Shown here piece by piece: positions 62,026 to 64,000 of a stretch of 64,000 nucleotides of DNA. How positions within the stretch are numbered: position 1 is the stretch's first letter; every line of letters starts with the position of its first letter. The notes below the pieces were generated by a model. That model was not told the DNA's origin and did no database searches. It was given only the letters and a program-made list of their open reading frames with translations. The position numbers and the translations under genes are program-made. The stretch lies in NCBI GenBank assembly GCA_021157895.1, contig JAGGVQ010000006.1:8393-72392 (forward strand), read 5' to 3'. This stretch comes from Dehalococcoidia bacterium (GTDB lineage Bacteria > Chloroflexota > Dehalococcoidia > GIF9 > AB-539-J10).

Positions 62026-63482
62026 CTTGTCTTCTCAATCATGATTTGTATGATTTCATCATCCGCCGCCTTCATGGAGTGGTAAATCCTACCGATATTA
62101 TGTATGGTCTCCTCTACATTTTTCCCGATAATTCCGTTGTCTGACGGTATCTGAACTCCTTTAGTGGACAACAAAGCACTTTGTATTGCTGCTGAGGCGG
62201 CAGTGGTTAGTTTGAGTGAGCAGCCTTCCTTTCCTCCATCACAGATAATGCCGGTAACGTTTCCTGCCATATTCTGAATTGCGTCCTCCACGCATTGAGT
62301 TGATTCTGTCAACAGATAGGTGATACCAGCGGCAGCCCCGATACCTGCTTTTATTGTGCAGCCGCATAAAGCGGATAAGTATCCTGTGTGATAGGTCATA
62401 TAGCAGGTGATGATATTGGACAGAGCAAGGGCCTTGGTAAGCTTATTCAGCTTGGTTTTGTCTGTTGCTGGCAGGTGTCCACCATGTTGCTTCCGGAGTA
62501 AGTCTTTTACGTTGTAGTTATATTTTTGTGCTATGGCTATAAGGGGGAGGCTGGCAGTCAGTCCTTGATTTCCTGAGCCGGCGCAGCTCATTACTGGAAG
62601 ATCAGAACCACTCATTCTTATGTCGGAGGCTGATGCGAGCATAATCTGAGCGGATGTAATTAAATCGTTGCCCAGATAGCCCTCACTCATCAGGGCGTTT
62701 AAATTGGCACCAATTTTCAATCCTCTGGGTCTTCTTAACCCCTCCTCTGATATTGCCATATTCATTTCTATCATTTCCAACATCTTTTCTGTGGCACTAT
62801 CGGGAAGGTAGTTGATTGCAGCAGTGAGTTCGGAGATAGTCATTGCTTTTAGGCTCTCTATAATGTCGTTGTTTCTCTCAGTCACTGTTGTTTTCTTGCC
62901 ATGAGGTATTTTGGCTATGTGCCCCAGTGAATCCTGAACATGGAGCGATGTGACATTACTATGGGTTTCCGCGATTGTTGCTGTGCCGGAGAAAGTTCTC
63001 CTTGGGTCGTGCTTGTGAGTTGCCCGGACCAGAGCTTGTATTTGGATATTGCTATTTTTCTCCTGCGCGCCAAGCAAGTGGATACTCACTTTTGTTGTCA
63101 GAAGCTTCGCTTTATTCATATCCTCTGGCTTAAGTGTGTGGAATAAAGCAAGCTCCTCCCCTTCTTCTTGGGGAAAGGAAAATATTCCCATAGCGGCAGC
63201 GATAGCGATTCCTTTGTCACCCTCGGCCCGGGGAATTCCTACCGCCAGGGAGTTTTTAAATATTCCTTGACTCAGTGATATCTCGATTTTATTGATTTCT
63301 ACATCTTGTGGATGTAGGTCTGTGGCGTACGTGATCGGGATTTTGCCCTTTAGCCAGCTGGGAATTCTGCCCAGAATAGTGTTGTAAGCTAAAGAAGTAG
63401 CATAGCCAATAGCAACAGGCTCGGTACACCCAAACGATGGCTTGATTTCCCTGGCGAAAAGTTGCGAAATATCTACCGACAT
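62022..63482 (-). CDS. Serine-dehydratase-like/L-cysteine desulfidase family protein (UPF0597/YhaM type).
   Basis: FGCTEPV motif and a Gly-rich SDH-alpha-like core. Its stop is convergent with, and overlaps, the upstream regulator. Confidence 0.7.
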   Translation of the reverse strand: MSVDISQLFAREIKPSFGCTEPVAIGYATSLAYNTILGRIPSWLKGKIPITYATDLHPQDVEINKIEISLSQGIFKNSLAVGIPRAEGDKGIAIAAAMGIFSFPQEEGEELALFHTLKPEDMNKAKLLTTKVSIHLLGAQEKNSNIQIQALVRATHKHDPRRTFSGTATIAETHSNVTSLHVQDSLGHIAKIPHGKKTTVTERNNDIIESLKAMTISELTAAINYLPDSATEKMLEMIEMNMAISEEGLRRPRGLKIGANLNALMSEGYLGNDLITSAQIMLASASDIRMSGSDLPVMSCAGSGNQGLTASLPLIAIAQKYNYNVKDLLRKQHGGHLPATDKTKLNKLTKALALSNIITCYMTYHTGYLSALCGCTIKAGIGAAAGITYLLTESTQCVEDAIQNMAGNVTGIICDGGKEGCSLKLTTAASAAIQSALLSTKGVQIPSDNGIIGKNVEETIHNIGRIYHSMKAADDEIIQIMIEKTS

Positions 63483-63596
63483 TATCCTGAGAGATTATAG
63501 CGCATATATTGCCTGTTTCAGAAGCGCAACCTTTTATCTTATGGCTGATTATCGGGAAGATATGGTTGGAGAAATATAGCTAAAATTCATGTTATC

Positions 63597-63643
63597 TTTC
63601 TGTATATAGTGGTACCAAAGGTATTGACAACCATATATAGTAT
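63597..63643 (+). promoter_or_regulatory. Candidate tandem NrdR boxes with cores CTGTATATAG and CCATATATAG, centres 31 bp apart, overlapping a TTGACA at 63624-63629.
   Basis: Each core matches the NrdR-box core CwAtATaTwG at 9 of 10 positions. The 31-bp spacing is three helical turns. The downstream gene encodes an ATP-cone RNR. Confidence 0.4.
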
Positions 63644-63775
63644 TTGCTAGATTGAAATGAAGGGGTTCGTCTTATTAGAGTCAAGTTAGTTTTATTGCTG
63701 TCCAGTGTTTTTGGTGAAAGGTCAGGGCACACAAAATTCTATTCTGAGATGCAATTATAGGAGGTTCATAGAGTG

Positions 63776-64000
63776 ATGACAGGATATGAGGTTAAACATA
63801 TCAGGAAGAGGGAAGGGCATCTTGTTGCTTTTGAGTCCAGCAAGATAACTGAAGCTATATTTAAGGCGTTTAAGTCTGTTGGTTGTGAGGACAGATCTAA
63901 GGCCGAGGATATGTCTCAGAAAGTGGTTTCTGTTCTGAAGATTACCTGCCGAGATGGGCGCGTTCCTACAGTGGAGGAAGTCCAGGATCTCGTTGAGGAA
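63776..64000 (+). CDS. Ribonucleotide reductase, N-terminal ATP-cone domain. The gene is partial and runs off the window.
   Basis: ATP-cone signature (VKHIRKREGHLVAFESSKITEAIFKA). An AGGAGG ribosome-binding site lies at 63759. Confidence 0.7.
   Translation, partial: MTGYEVKHIRKREGHLVAFESSKITEAIFKAFKSVGCEDRSKAEDMSQKVVSVLKITCRDGRVPTVEEVQDLVEE

Noticed and set aside
63483-63775. Possible cobalamin or other riboswitch in the RNR leader.
   Set aside because: No B12-box (GCCACTG-like) or other recognisable riboswitch core was seen. NrdR-box-like palindromes fit better.

Overview
This 64 kb window looks like a bacterial chromosomal core region with no phage, IS or CRISPR content. The organism is unknown. 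The gene content (archaemetzincin, THEP1-type NTPase, a Memo-family protein, a short MetE-like protein, RemA and many overlapping stop/start codons) suggests an anaerobic, possibly Chloroflexi-like lineage, but that is inference.

Main contents, in order along the window:
- Two minus-strand tRNAs (Asp, Ile) and a Na+-translocating decarboxylase beta subunit with a tiny membrane partner.
- recA-recX, dnaE, and three hypothetical genes next to a Memo-family gene.
- An RNase P RNA gene sitting in an ORF-free gap, then rnhA.
- birA with a putative operator over its own start, followed by a sodium:solute symporter.
- tyrA-aroA, remA-gmk, ybeY, and a five-gene liv-type ABC transporter with a terminator.
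- A plsX-MBL-fakB-fakA-fabF lipid cluster in which fakA is frameshifted and truncated.
- tRNA-Ala and tRNA-Ser flanking a REC-HD-GYP-REC regulator whose GYP motif is degenerate.
- A 12-gene co-directional minus-strand cluster joining sugar-phosphate enzymes and a methionine/SAM cycle (metK, ahcY, short MetE-like, mtnP, mtnA). Embedded in it are an aminoglycoside-phosphotransferase/P-loop kinase fusion, an archaemetzincin, a THEP1 NTPase and an unannotated 39-aa basic ORF.
- A DUF503 gene and an MrfA-like DUF1998 helicase, then a Fur-family regulator preceded by a perfect 29-bp palindrome and followed by a His-rich membrane protein.
- ftsY, a GT4 glycosyltransferase, lgt, recJ, mtaB, and a ribokinase-like/nucleoside hydrolase pair.
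- A roughly 300 bp, ~98% identical direct repeat flanking an inserted universal-stress-protein gene between iunH and nth.
- A convergent regulator and cysteine-desulfidase-like pair, and a partial ATP-cone ribonucleotide reductase preceded by candidate tandem NrdR boxes.

Coordinates of RNA genes and motifs were read by eye and may be off by a few nucleotides.
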